Shown: positions 41,879 through 51,811 of the stretch, one piece after another
Layout: the number at the start of each line of letters is the position of its first letter
Position numbering within the stretch: position 1 is the stretch's first letter
IMG/VR virus record: IMGVR_UViG_3300022752_000015
Coordinates: 148,805-212,804 of that record
Strand: one strand, 5' to 3'
Length of the DNA: 64,000 nucleotides
Made by a program: the position numbers and the translations under genes
The notes under the pieces: generated by a model
Databases searched by the model: none
What the model was told of the DNA's origin: nothing
Seen by the model: the letters and a program-made list of their open reading frames with translations, nothing else

Positions 41879-42739
41879 ATGTCATCCTCACATAATAAAA
41901 AAAGAAATACTGGATTAATTTACGAGTTTCTAATTAAAACCATATCAAAAGCGCTCGTAGAAAATAACAAACCTCAATCATCAAAAGCGCTTAAAATCAT
42001 TAAGCAAAATTTCAAATCTGGTACTGAGTTATATAGAGAATTTAGACTCATAAATGCTTTAATGAAAACTACAGTTGGATCAGAATCAATTGCTGCTTCA
42101 ATAATTTTTGAAGCAAAAAACGCTGCTAGAAGTCATGATATGCATGAATTAGACAGAGAAAAATCAATTTTAATTAGGAGTATAAACCACCAATTAAAAG
42201 ACGATAATTTTTATGACCAGCATATCAATGAATACAAGATGTTTGCAACAATACAGAATTTGCTCAACAGTTGGAGGAACCCTAATTCTGACTTGCAAAA
42301 AACAGCTGAATATGAAGAAGCATTGATGAAGTGGCTTGTTTCTCCAAAGAGTCAGTTGCAAGAAGAAAAGGTCAACGAAAACTCAGTAGGAACGAATCGT
42401 CTTCTTATGAAAGTCATGATGAAGAAGTTAAGCGAAAAATACGATGGAGCTCTTACGTCTGATCAAAAATCTCTTATCAAAGCTTATGCTTTTGCTACAG
42501 CCAATGACGACAGCTCTACGATCTTAAAAAAATTGAGTGAAATAAGAGAAAGATTATTGGAATCTATCAATGATTATCTGGAGTCAAAAGAATCTTCAAA
42601 GTATTTGAACACTAAATTATTAGAAGTAAAGAATAAGTTGTTCGAACCGTTAAATGAAGTTAACGATTCCACTATTTCTGAATACATGTTATACGCAAAG
42701 TTAGTTGATGAACTAACTTCAGGAGGGTCAGATGTCTGA
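41879..42739 (+). CDS. Hypothetical head-module protein (possible prohead core)
   Basis: AAAGGA SD; lies between portal and protease; helical with L-x-E sites. Confidence 0.6.
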   Translation: MSSSHNKKRNTGLIYEFLIKTISKALVENNKPQSSKALKIIKQNFKSGTELYREFRLINALMKTTVGSESIAASIIFEAKNAARSHDMHELDREKSILIRSINHQLKDDNFYDQHINEYKMFATIQNLLNSWRNPNSDLQKTAEYEEALMKWLVSPKSQLQEEKVNENSVGTNRLLMKVMMKKLSEKYDGALTSDQKSLIKAYAFATANDDSSTILKKLSEIRERLLESINDYLESKESSKYLNTKLLEVKNKLFEPLNEVNDSTISEYMLYAKLVDELTSGGSDV

Positions 42740-43340
42740 CTTGAAACTCTTAAATTCTTATGAAATATTTGATTATTCTTCTGAAACTATAAAAGAGTCC
42801 AGAGAAAAGAACGATGGAAAAATCTTGATGAAAGGTATTCTGCAAAAAGCAGATACCTTGAATCAAAATGGCAGAATCTACCCGAAAAATATTCTAGAAA
42901 GAGAAATAAGAAACTATCAAAAGTTTATAGCTGAAAATAGAGCTTTAGGAGAGTTAGATCATCCTGATTCTTCAGTGGTAAATTTAAAAAATGTTTCTCA
43001 TATAGTTCGTGAAGCATACTTAGACGGAGATGTCGTCTATGGAAGCGTGGAAATTCTAGACACCCCTTCTGGTAAGATACTACAATCCTTAGTCGAAAGC
43101 GGAGTAAAATTAGGAATATCATCTAGAGGAGTTGGTTCTACAAAAAAGCAAGGCGATTACCAGATAGTTCAAGATGATTTTCAATTGATCTGTTGGGACT
43201 ATGTTTCTGAACCATCAACACCAGGTGCGTTCATGATGGCAGAAGGAAAAACAATAAATCCCTCTGAGGTAAGAGGAATTTTTAATCGTTCTGACAGAAT
43301 CAATAGAATTATTAATGATATTTTATCTACAAAGAAGTAA
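42732..43340 (+). CDS. Prohead core protease (T4 gp21-like)
   Basis: NQNGRIY, GELDHP, SH, LGISSRGVGS and DYVSEPSTPGA motifs. Confidence 0.93.
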   Translation: MSDLKLLNSYEIFDYSSETIKESREKNDGKILMKGILQKADTLNQNGRIYPKNILEREIRNYQKFIAENRALGELDHPDSSVVNLKNVSHIVREAYLDGDVVYGSVEILDTPSGKILQSLVESGVKLGISSRGVGSTKKQGDYQIVQDDFQLICWDYVSEPSTPGAFMMAEGKTINPSEVRGIFNRSDRINRIINDILSTKK

Positions 43341-43370
43341 TATTGTAAGGGTCAAAAAGGAAGCAGCCAT

Positions 43371-43796
43371 ATGAAAATGACTCGTAATGAACTGAAAGAT
43401 CTAGTGAAAGAATGTCTTGTGGAAATTTTATCCGAAGGCATGGGAAATTCCACAAAATTAAAAGAGTCATTCGCTTTTCAAGAAAAAAAAGTGCATAAAA
43501 AACCTGCTGATATGATTTCTTATGGCCAAAGAAATCAGATAATGGATAAGAAAAGAATAAGCGAAGTCATAAAGACAGAGTCTAAAGGTGATCCTATTCT
43601 TGCTGCAATTTTAGCTGACACAGCTTCAACTACACTACCAAACATGTTAATGAATGAAGGTCACAATCACACACCACAACCGGTTGGTTCTGTAGAAAGA
43701 ATCGTAGCTTCTACAAATCCAGAAGAACTATTTGGGGATGAAGCAGCGTCGAAATGGGCAGCGTTAGCGTTTATGGACACATCAAAGAAATTTTGA
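43371..43796 (+). CDS. Head-module protein with MKMT..LKDLVKE N-terminus
   Basis: Shared N-terminal motif; position in the head module. Confidence 0.65.
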   Translation: MKMTRNELKDLVKECLVEILSEGMGNSTKLKESFAFQEKKVHKKPADMISYGQRNQIMDKKRISEVIKTESKGDPILAAILADTASTTLPNMLMNEGHNHTPQPVGSVERIVASTNPEELFGDEAASKWAALAFMDTSKKF

Positions 43797-43853
43797 TGTT
43801 TTAAAATAGATTAGAATACTTAGCCTATATATTTGCACGAAAGGTGTCTTTTT

Positions 43854-44090
43854 ATGAAACTAACATCGAATTTGTTGAAGAGAATCATCATGCAAGAGGT
43901 CGCAAAATTTAAGGCAGAACGTAGCACAGAAGATGCAGCAAAAGATGCCGAAGAAGTAGATGCTGATGAATTTGCAGATACTATTGAGAATCCTCATAAT
44001 TATTACAAGGCACTTGGTCTTGAAGAAGCTAGACTAGTGAAACGTTTAGAGAAAATTCGTGAAGCAAAAAGAGCTCTTCGAAACAAGTGA
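43854..44090 (+). CDS. Small head-module protein with MKLT..LKRIIMQE N-terminus
   Basis: AAGG SD before ATG 43854; shared motif. Confidence 0.65.
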   Translation: MKLTSNLLKRIIMQEVAKFKAERSTEDAAKDAEEVDADEFADTIENPHNYYKALGLEEARLVKRLEKIREAKRALRNK

Positions 44091-44117
44091 CCTTACTTAA
44101 TCTTTAAGGAGGAAATT

Positions 44118-44612
44118 ATGCCTGGACAAGGGAAATACACGGTGTACGCACCGGAATCGAACGCAAAAAATAATTTAATGAGCAAGCTGTATCCAGAATC
44201 CCCGACAGCAAATTTTGTTGGAAAAGAAAATGAGTATAGAGCAGCTGTCGTTAGCACAGGCAATGCATATCTAGCTCCTTCTTCAACGACAGGCGACGCA
44301 TTCTTTGGTCCCAAGGTAAGTCTTAACTACGAAAATTCTCCAGATATATTAGCAGGTGCTGACGGCGCTTGGAAAAATCCTGGAGACCCTGCTAATTCTT
44401 TTACACCAGATCTCTCATCACCTGGACCTGGAAAGACGGATGGTGTCGACAAGTCCGCAGATCCTGGAATAAAGGCAGTCGATGTTAAACCAAACTATGT
44501 CCCTGGAGGTCCTGCAACTGGCACTCGTTCACCAGCACAATACGCTAAGAAAATTGGATCTTTGATGCTGAATGGTGCCACCAAAATGGGAACCTCTGAT
44601 TCATCAACATGA
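44118..44612 (+). CDS. Pro/Gly-rich hypothetical protein, possibly head-associated
   Basis: AAGGAGG SD; 164 aa. Confidence 0.65.
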   Translation: MPGQGKYTVYAPESNAKNNLMSKLYPESPTANFVGKENEYRAAVVSTGNAYLAPSSTTGDAFFGPKVSLNYENSPDILAGADGAWKNPGDPANSFTPDLSSPGPGKTDGVDKSADPGIKAVDVKPNYVPGGPATGTRSPAQYAKKIGSLMLNGATKMGTSDSST

Positions 44613-44640
44613 CAATAATTGAAATGGAGAATTTTTGAAA

Positions 44641-46575
44641 ATGTCTAAACAGCTCTACGAAGAAGCAATAGCAGACGTAAAAAAACTAAAAGAAATAGCT
44701 GAAGATAACGCTAAAAGAGCAGTTATCGAGGCAGTTGCTCCACGAATTCGTGAGCTGATAGAAAAAGAGTTATTGGAAGAATCCTCCGCAGACATGTCTG
44801 CGGAGGATGATCATGATGATAAAAATCATGATAAAATATTGACAGATGATCCTACTAAAAAAGGACCTGAAGCTAAAAATAACGAAATGTCCATGTCAAT
44901 TGGCGAATTAACCTCAGAAGAAGATGAGAAAAAAGTTGAAGAGGACCAAACCGCTTCCGAGGTAACGCTTGAAGATGTCATGGAGATAATCGCGTCGAAG
45001 AGCAAGAACGAAACGCTCCGCGAATTTGAAGAAAAGTTACGCTATGTCGAAAAGATGATCGATTCGTTATCATCAATTGAACAAAGCATGAAAGAATCAA
45101 AAAGCTTTGAAAACAAAGTCTCTTCTCTTGAAGAAACGATCTCAGAGCTTTATGAACATGCAAACACGCGTATCGTAAGTTCAACTCAAAAGTTGAGCTG
45201 TAACCTTAAAATACAAAATTGCTTAAAAAAACTAGAAAAGCTTCAGGAGATTAAAATGAAGAAGAGAAATGGTCGTTTGGATGAAGAAACAATTAGCATT
45301 GAATTAACAGGAGTTCCTGACGACGTCGACCTCGAGAGCCTTGGAGTCAATTTGGTCTCCGGAGGCGGCGAAGAGGAAGACGAAGAAGCAGGCGAAGACA
45401 TGGAAGACCTCGGCGGCGAGGAAGAGGGTGGCGAAGACATGGAAGATCTCGGCGGAGATGACGAAGAAGGCGATGAGGACGAAGAAGACATGGAAGAAAT
45501 GTCTATGCCTAATACGCCGCAGACAGAATCTCGTCGTCTCAACGACAATTTGATTGTCGAGATTGACGAAGGTATGTTACGTCGTGAAATTGCACGCATG
45601 AAGGCTATTCGTGAAGAGGCAGTTCCTTCAACCAAGGGAGAAGCCCCAGGATCAGATGAGTTTGACGACTTTGGCGACGCCGAAGAAGAAGGCGAGCCTC
45701 TTGAGATGACATTGAGTGAAGTCGACGAAGTTGATGAAGTCGATGAAGCTGCTATGACAGATGAGACCTACGAAGCCTATGGCGTAGAAGGTGAAGCAGC
45801 CGACAGAACCGATTCATCACCTGCCGCAGTGAATCGCCGCGAACAATACGCACAAACAAAAAAGCAAGGTGATTCTCCAGTCAATGAAGCTGACAAAGAT
45901 GAAGAGGACGAGGAAGCTGAAAAGTCTGCCGATGAAGCAGCTAAGTGTGAGTCAATCCGTCGTCAGATGGTCGCAGAGCTCAAGCTTCAAGAGTCTCTCC
46001 GTGCAAGAGCCCGTGGTGCAGCGCGCCTTTATGAGGCATCTAAAGCAAAGTTCAATAAGACCCGTACGCTTTCTGAACGCAAGGAAATTGCTCGTCATGG
46101 AGATGCTCACAAGGCAGCCTACACGGGATTCGCAAAGCGTTACAACGAATCTGTTAAACGATTCAACAAACTTTCAGAGGCGCTTGCTGAAGCAAAGCGT
46201 CCAAGCAACGTTCGCTCTAATAGCAACGTGAAACCTGGTGCGAGCGCAGGCGATGTTCAGCTCCGCAACAAGTTGGCAGAAACGAATCTGCTCAACGCCA
46301 AGCTCATGTTCACGAACAAGCTTCTTCAATCAGAAGCCTTAACCTCGCGCCAGAAATCGCAGGTTATTGCGCAGCTCGATGAAGCAGCCACGCTCCGCGA
46401 AGTGAAGCTTGTATATGAGAGCCTCGCCAAGACATTGGCAGCTCCGCGTAAGCCTGTAACAGAAGGTCGCGTTCTTGGATCTTCTTCTCAGGCAACACGT
46501 TCGGCTTCGGCACAATCCCTCAACGAGGGTTATGAAGCAGAGCGTTGGGCAAAGCTCGCAGGCATAGCTAAGTGA
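44641..46575 (+). CDS. Prohead scaffolding/core protein
   Basis: Immediately upstream of the major capsid gene; very acidic and coiled-coil; repeated EDMEDLGG; many L-x-E sites. Confidence 0.75.
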   Translation: MSKQLYEEAIADVKKLKEIAEDNAKRAVIEAVAPRIRELIEKELLEESSADMSAEDDHDDKNHDKILTDDPTKKGPEAKNNEMSMSIGELTSEEDEKKVEEDQTASEVTLEDVMEIIASKSKNETLREFEEKLRYVEKMIDSLSSIEQSMKESKSFENKVSSLEETISELYEHANTRIVSSTQKLSCNLKIQNCLKKLEKLQEIKMKKRNGRLDEETISIELTGVPDDVDLESLGVNLVSGGGEEEDEEAGEDMEDLGGEEEGGEDMEDLGGDDEEGDEDEEDMEEMSMPNTPQTESRRLNDNLIVEIDEGMLRREIARMKAIREEAVPSTKGEAPGSDEFDDFGDAEEEGEPLEMTLSEVDEVDEVDEAAMTDETYEAYGVEGEAADRTDSSPAAVNRREQYAQTKKQGDSPVNEADKDEEDEEAEKSADEAAKCESIRRQMVAELKLQESLRARARGAARLYEASKAKFNKTRTLSERKEIARHGDAHKAAYTGFAKRYNESVKRFNKLSEALAEAKRPSNVRSNSNVKPGASAGDVQLRNKLAETNLLNAKLMFTNKLLQSEALTSRQKSQVIAQLDEAATLREVKLVYESLAKTLAAPRKPVTEGRVLGSSSQATRSASAQSLNEGYEAERWAKLAGIAK

Positions 46576-46628
46576 TGCTTGAGGGCATGTAGATTAATCT
46601 TTCAATTTGTTTATAGGAGAATATAAGA

Positions 46629-48509
46629 ATGAAATCTTTTACAATTGATCAGCTTGCACAGGGCATCAAAGAGCGTCACGTCGGCGCCGAGCGTGCCCGT
46701 CTTACAGAGAAGTGGAGCCGCACAGGTCTCCTCCGTGGCCTCGATGGCACACGTCGCGAAGTGATGGCACAGCTCCTTGAGAACCAGGCAGCACAGGTCC
46801 TCAAAGAGAGCAACAGCCTCTCAACAGGCGGTGGCAACGTGACATCAAGCGGACAGATCCAGGGCTTCACAAACATCGCGTTCCCAATCGTCCGTCGCGT
46901 CTTCGGCGGTCTCGTTTCAAACGAGCTTGTTTCAATCCAACCAATGAGCCTCCCCTCAGGTCTCATCTTCTACCTTGATTACACATATGGTACGAACGTT
47001 GGACAGGCAGCAGGCGACACAACAAACTCGACATACACACGCGGTCAGTCTATCTATAACAACCCCACGGGCAAGGGAGTCCAGAGCGGATCTCTCGCAA
47101 CGGGCGGTATGTATGACCTCGTAGGATCAGGTTACTCAAAGGTGACCGGTTCTCTCCAGGCATTCAACGTTGCAGGAGCAGGCGTTGCAGAGCTCGGTAT
47201 GTGGGTCGGTGCAGACGGTCAAGGTAGCTTCTACAACGGTATGCTTTCAAGCTCGTTGGATTTCAGCGGAAGCAACGCTCGTCTCATGGACTTCGATGGT
47301 CAGGTCGAGACAGCTCTCAGCCTCAACCAACTTGATGCATGCTTCCTCTACGTTTCGTCATCTGTCTTCACGACAGCAAACGCAGCAGCAGATCTCCTCG
47401 CAGTCGATCAGATCGCACTCTTCGGTGGTGTAACGGGAGCAACAGCATGGGGCAGCAGCTACCAAGGTGGAACGGGCGTTCTCAACCTCCGTCGCCTCAA
47501 TAAGCGTGGTAACTGGTCTACGACAGGGTTCACACCTGATGCACTTAACGGTACTCACGTACAGTTCGTCGTCAAGGGCGCAAATGCAGCTAATCTCGTC
47601 AAGACCTCAGGTGCTAATCTCGCGTTCTCTCTCAAGGCAGGCCTCACAGTTGACAGCTCAAGCGGCGCGACCCTAACGGTTCCCTCGTTCGAGTCTGACT
47701 TCGGAGCAACACCAGCACCAGCAATCCCAGAGATCGACATCAAGATCGAGTCGATTGCAATCACAGCAACAACCCGCAAGCTCCGTGCTCGCTGGTCACC
47801 AGAGCTCGCACAGGACCTCAACGCCTACCACAGCATGGACGCAGAGGTTGAGCTCACCTCGATCCTCTCAGAGCAGATCGCCCTTGAGATCGATCGCGAG
47901 ATTCTCAACGACCTCGTCACACAGGCCAACGGCGCCAATTACTACTGGTCACGCGCTCCTGGCAAGTTTGTCAACAAGACAACAGGCCAGCCTGTAACAC
48001 TCGCATCAAGCCTCTCAATCGGACCACAATTCACCGGTACGGTTCGCGAGTGGTACGAGACTCTCGTCGAGACAGTCATCGACGTTGCCAACACGATCCA
48101 CCGTAAGACACTCCGCGGATCAGCAAACTTCATGGTCACAGGACCAGACGTTGCAACAATCCTCGAGAGCTCGGTCCTCTACAAGCCCAAGTTCTCGATC
48201 GATGGCGAAGGTCAGGTCGGCAGCCCCTTCACAATCGGTGCAGAGGCAATCGGTACAGTCAGCAACCGCTTCACAGTCTACAAGGATCCTTACTTCCCAC
48301 GTAACAAGATCCTCGTCGGCTACAAGGGCGGAAGCTACCTCGAGACAGGATACGTATACGCACCATACGTTCCACTCATCGTGACGCCAACAATCTTCGC
48401 ACCTGAGGACTTCACACCACGTAAGGGCGTGATGACCCGCTACGGTAAGAAGATGGTCCGTTCGGACTTCTACGGCACCGTCACGGTACTCGACATGAAC
48501 ATCATCTGA
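46629..48509 (+). CDS. Major capsid protein (T4 gp23-like)
   Basis: LLENQ, QPMSLPSGLIF, RKLRARWSPELAQDL.A.H..DAE.EL and YAPYVP..TRYG motifs; AGGAG SD. Confidence 0.97.
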   Translation: MKSFTIDQLAQGIKERHVGAERARLTEKWSRTGLLRGLDGTRREVMAQLLENQAAQVLKESNSLSTGGGNVTSSGQIQGFTNIAFPIVRRVFGGLVSNELVSIQPMSLPSGLIFYLDYTYGTNVGQAAGDTTNSTYTRGQSIYNNPTGKGVQSGSLATGGMYDLVGSGYSKVTGSLQAFNVAGAGVAELGMWVGADGQGSFYNGMLSSSLDFSGSNARLMDFDGQVETALSLNQLDACFLYVSSSVFTTANAAADLLAVDQIALFGGVTGATAWGSSYQGGTGVLNLRRLNKRGNWSTTGFTPDALNGTHVQFVVKGANAANLVKTSGANLAFSLKAGLTVDSSSGATLTVPSFESDFGATPAPAIPEIDIKIESIAITATTRKLRARWSPELAQDLNAYHSMDAEVELTSILSEQIALEIDREILNDLVTQANGANYYWSRAPGKFVNKTTGQPVTLASSLSIGPQFTGTVREWYETLVETVIDVANTIHRKTLRGSANFMVTGPDVATILESSVLYKPKFSIDGEGQVGSPFTIGAEAIGTVSNRFTVYKDPYFPRNKILVGYKGGSYLETGYVYAPYVPLIVTPTIFAPEDFTPRKGVMTRYGKKMVRSDFYGTVTVLDMNII

Positions 48510-48535
48510 TAGTCGGAAACGACCATCTTTGATGG

Positions 48536-48568
48536 AAAAGGCCTTCGAAAGAAGGCCTTTTTCTTTTT
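48536..48568 (+). terminator. Intrinsic terminator after major capsid gene
   Basis: AAAAGGCCTTC-GAAA-GAAGGCCTTTT followed by a T-rich tail. Confidence 0.85.
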
Positions 48569-48763
48569 GTAATCGACACTTTTATAACAGAAAAATCATA
48601 ACGACGTCGTACTATTGGACATTGGCAACGTCTCTTAAGAACTTAAAAAGTAAAATCAAGATTCTAATGCAAGTTTTCGAAATCTTAAAAGAGGCTTTTG
48701 AAGTATATCATAATGTGAGAATGACATGTGATAATCTATGAATAATTCTTATAATTATTGGTC

Positions 48764-49165
48764 ATGCAAGATTGGATAATTATTCTAGGGGTTGTTCCCT
48801 TCATCATAGGGATGTGTGGGCAGGTCGCCCGTAACATCGTTCTTGGGAACAAGAGAAGAGAATCAGATGGGCACGTCGGGTGGAGAAGGATCTATTGGGC
48901 AACTCTACCTCTTCATGCCCTAGCTGTGGGAGCAGGAGTTGGACTGATCGGATATGAGTATGGTTTGCCTGTGCCAATCGCATTTGGAAAGACATTAGCA
49001 GGATCGATCCTAGCCTACACACTTTCAGGTGGGGTCTCTGTGGTCGGATACGATGCTATAGTTAAAACGTTACGTAGGATGTTGGAAACGTACAAAGGAC
49101 CTGTTACCGAACTGCAACGACGAACATCAGACCCACAGAACTCGTTGAATGACAGAACAGGATAA
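48764..49165 (+). CDS. Membrane protein with about 3 TM helices (holin-like candidate)
   Basis: Three hydrophobic segments and a charged C-terminal tail. Confidence 0.5.
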   Translation: MQDWIIILGVVPFIIGMCGQVARNIVLGNKRRESDGHVGWRRIYWATLPLHALAVGAGVGLIGYEYGLPVPIAFGKTLAGSILAYTLSGGVSVVGYDAIVKTLRRMLETYKGPVTELQRRTSDPQNSLNDRTG

Positions 49166-49195
49166 GAGTTCTACGTTCTTTTATATAATATCCTG

Positions 49196-49540
49196 ATGAT
49201 CTATCGTCGGTTTAGAAATCAAACAAAGTTAAAGAAAAAAGAGTGTGAGATTTGCAAATATGACAATCCTGCGGCTCTCAACATTCATCACATAATTCCG
49301 CGACGAGATCCTAGATCAACGAACAACAACTACAATCTCAGCATTGTGTGTCATGTCTGTCACGATTTAATTCACGCAGGACAAATAACGATCATCGGTG
49401 TTTATGACTCGACAGAAGGACGCAAACTGATGTGGTTCAAGGAAGGACAAGAACCACCATTAGAAAAACAATTTTGGAAAATAAAAGATAACCCGTTGGT
49501 CGTTATGAAGATTAAATCAAGGTCTTCAGATGCATCCTGA
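49196..49540 (+). CDS. HNH endonuclease-like protein
   Basis: CEIC...HHI...N...NL..VCHVCH..IH pattern. Confidence 0.8.
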   Translation: MIYRRFRNQTKLKKKECEICKYDNPAALNIHHIIPRRDPRSTNNNYNLSIVCHVCHDLIHAGQITIIGVYDSTEGRKLMWFKEGQEPPLEKQFWKIKDNPLVVMKIKSRSSDAS

Positions 49541-50747
49541 TAAGGTTTCTGAGCTGAGATTGCCCTGCTGATTCTTGCAACGTCAAGATCCCGTCCAATC
49601 CGTCGAGAAGAGAATCTTTCAAGGAAGCGTCTGAGATTTTTTCAATGAGTCCAACGATCTTGTCATACTGATCTCTCAATGTTTTAGAAGCAGAACGTAT
49701 TTCAAACTTTGATAATCCCTTGTCAGGATCATAGGAAAAGACAGCACGAGGAAGAGGTTCAACCAATCCTCTCACATAGAGAAGCAAGGCTGTTTCTTCA
49801 GGATAGGATGACAGTTGTAGAGCGTCCTTGGCAAACTCTTCATTTTGAGAACGTCTGGATTCGACAGAAGAAGATCTAGATGATTCTTTTTCGGCTTTGG
49901 CCTGTTCGGCTTGTTCAGATCCAGCGAACAGTAGGCCTCCGCCTGTGCTCTTATAATAGCTCTTGCTAATCGATTTTGTCAACCCGGCATCCAGTAATTT
50001 GATGCTATCACCACTCACTCCCCAAGAGTCAGGTTTGTAAAGATCTCCTGTATTTATTTCAGAATACCTCGTGACAAGCTTTGCAAAAGATCCAAGGAAT
50101 TCATCAGTCAACATTTTGTCCAACCCAGTCGATTGAAGTTGAGAAGTCACATTGGCTGCTTGCTTCGCTGCGGCTCCTTGAGGAACTGCAACCTTAGTGG
50201 CATCAGGATCAACCTGCACGTTAGGAGTCTTTTTAGTTGTGGCGGCCAAGGCTGCGGGTGGAGGTGGAGCCTTAGGCGTTTTTCCCGAAGCTGCATCGCT
50301 TGCTGCTTGCTTCAACGCTGACCTAACCATCTGCCATTCTTTAGAAAATCCTGGGATTGTTAAGGGTTTGACCTTCTGCGAAACTATCCATAAAAATCCG
50401 TCATGATCCGTGAAATCGCTGGCGCTAAGAACAGGAACGACTATATCGCTCACTTCAGAGTCATTTCCTGCCGTCGCCTCAATCCCATTCTGCGCAAAAC
50501 CTGCTTCATTGAGTGCAACCTTAATGACCTCATCTCCATGAATAACTGCCAACCTTGAAGAACCCATATCAGGAGAACCCCCAGCGGTATATGCCATGAC
50601 TTGATCTATGAAATCATCAAGAGCTCTCTTCTTATCACCACCAGAATCTTTTAAAATGTCTTCGTATAAAGAATCGAATAACTTCCCTAGTCCAGAAGCC
50701 TTCTTCATTTCTACGAGCGGACGACGATTGGTTCTCTTGTTTTTCAT
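49512..50747 (-). CDS. Protein-kinase-like fold protein
   Basis: GSSR, VIKVA, N..E, GDLYKPDSWG and LLDAG motifs in kinase order. Confidence 0.55.
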   Translation of the reverse strand: MKNKRTNRRPLVEMKKASGLGKLFDSLYEDILKDSGGDKKRALDDFIDQVMAYTAGGSPDMGSSRLAVIHGDEVIKVALNEAGFAQNGIEATAGNDSEVSDIVVPVLSASDFTDHDGFLWIVSQKVKPLTIPGFSKEWQMVRSALKQAASDAASGKTPKAPPPPAALAATTKKTPNVQVDPDATKVAVPQGAAAKQAANVTSQLQSTGLDKMLTDEFLGSFAKLVTRYSEINTGDLYKPDSWGVSGDSIKLLDAGLTKSISKSYYKSTGGGLLFAGSEQAEQAKAEKESSRSSSVESRRSQNEEFAKDALQLSSYPEETALLLYVRGLVEPLPRAVFSYDPDKGLSKFEIRSASKTLRDQYDKIVGLIEKISDASLKDSLLDGLDGILTLQESAGQSQLRNLIRMHLKTLI

Positions 50748-50827
50748 TTCGAATCTTAAATATAATCTTTTTTTGCAAATAAAACTATCGTGGTTAATTA
50801 CATAGATATATTACAGAAGGACCCAAC

Positions 50828-51175
50828 ATGAAACTAACAGAACGTCAGTTGCGCAAGATCATACTAGAAGAATTAAACAACATTCATGAAGCAGGAGAAG
50901 AAGCTGCTGCAACAGGAAAAGTAGAAGGCCCAATAGAACAGCTAAGAATGAAGCTACAAAAATTAGCTCCAGAAGCTAATGCAACGAAGTTAGCTTCAGC
51001 AATAAAAGACGTAGCAAAATCTAAAGATGCAGCTGCTGCTATAAGCGACGAAAAACTTATCGACAAGATGGAAAGACAAGCGTTAGGAACAGCTTTCTTA
51101 AAGATTATAATATCTGATCCAGGAGATATCCAGTCTATCATTGGGTTAATAAAACAGATTAAAACAGGTTCTTGA
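50828..51175 (+). CDS. Small protein with MKLTERQLRKIILEE N-terminus
   Basis: AAGGA SD; shared motif. Confidence 0.7.
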   Translation: MKLTERQLRKIILEELNNIHEAGEEAAATGKVEGPIEQLRMKLQKLAPEANATKLASAIKDVAKSKDAAAAISDEKLIDKMERQALGTAFLKIIISDPGDIQSIIGLIKQIKTGS

Positions 51176-51176
51176 T

Positions 51177-51371
51177 TTAATTGACCTTTGAAAATCTATA
51201 CCAGGTCTTGTTCTCATCGTGCAATCTAACTTTAGATTGTCCGTGAAATCCCCAATCAAGATTGATGATCCAATCAAAAGAGGTAGCATCCCAACAAACA
51301 GATGCTACCTTTGCTTCTTGTAGCATTCCATAAACGACGATTCTTTCGCCAATTTCAGGTAAAGAGTTCAT
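51177..51371 (-). CDS. Small hypothetical protein (SH3-like beta fold possible)
   Basis: 64-aa ORF filling the gap below the tRNA terminator. Confidence 0.5.
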   Translation of the reverse strand: MNSLPEIGERIVVYGMLQEAKVASVCWDATSFDWIINLDWGFHGQSKVRLHDENKTWYRFSKVN

Positions 51372-51374
51372 AAT

Positions 51375-51402
51375 AAAAAAGCCATCTATTATAGATGGCT
51401 TT
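51375..51402 (-). terminator. Intrinsic terminator after tRNA
   Basis: AAAGCCATCTA-loop-TAGATGGCTTT hairpin with a minus-strand T-run. Confidence 0.7.
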
Positions 51403-51405
51403 CAG

Positions 51406-51477
51406 CGATCCCAGGGGGAATTGAACCCCCGCAAGCGCCTTGAAAGGGCACTGTCCTAACCTCTAGACGATGGGACC
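51406..51477 (-). tRNA. tRNA-Glu(TTC), CCA not encoded
   Basis: Minus strand reads GGTCCCA...GTGCC-CTTTCAA-GGCGC...GGTTCAATTCC...TGGGATC-G and folds as a cloverleaf. Confidence 0.92.
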
Positions 51478-51520
51478 ATTATGGGACTACTTATAATACA
51501 AGCAGTCCCATTTGTTCAAA

Positions 51521-51742
51521 TCACTTTGCAGCTGGTGTTGCACTGACTGCGGCGCTTGGAGCAACCACAGGTGCAGCTGACTCGACAACAGTTGCCGCCG
51601 TTGCAGGAGCTGCAGAAGCAGCAGGCTCTGCCGAAACTGCAACATCAGCCGTGGCTGTAGCGGATGCAGCTGGTGCTGGTGCGTCGGTTGATGCACATGC
51701 GACGAGACAAACTGAAGCGATAACGAATACAAACTTTGACAT
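51521..51742 (-). CDS. Ala/Pro-rich lipoprotein
   Basis: AGGAG SD; MSKFVFVIASVCLVAC signal with lipobox, then a low-complexity APAASA tail. Confidence 0.7.
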   Translation of the reverse strand: MSKFVFVIASVCLVACASTDAPAPAASATATADVAVSAEPAASAAPATAATVVESAAPVVAPSAAVSATPAAK

Positions 51743-51811
51743 TTTATATAATCTCCTGTAAGAGGCTGTGTTCAATTGTGATACAACCCGTGACATAACT
51801 ATAAGGTAAAT

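Noticed and set aside
41270-45500. Short tandem repeats (GAAGAAGAAGCGCCTGCTGG twice; GGCGAAGACATGGAAGA twice)
   Set aside because: They encode acidic linkers in portal and scaffold, and are ordinary low-complexity coding repeats.
46676-48384. Many short ORFs overlapping the major capsid gene
   Set aside because: By-products of the biased codon usage of the capsid gene; no independent start signals were evident.
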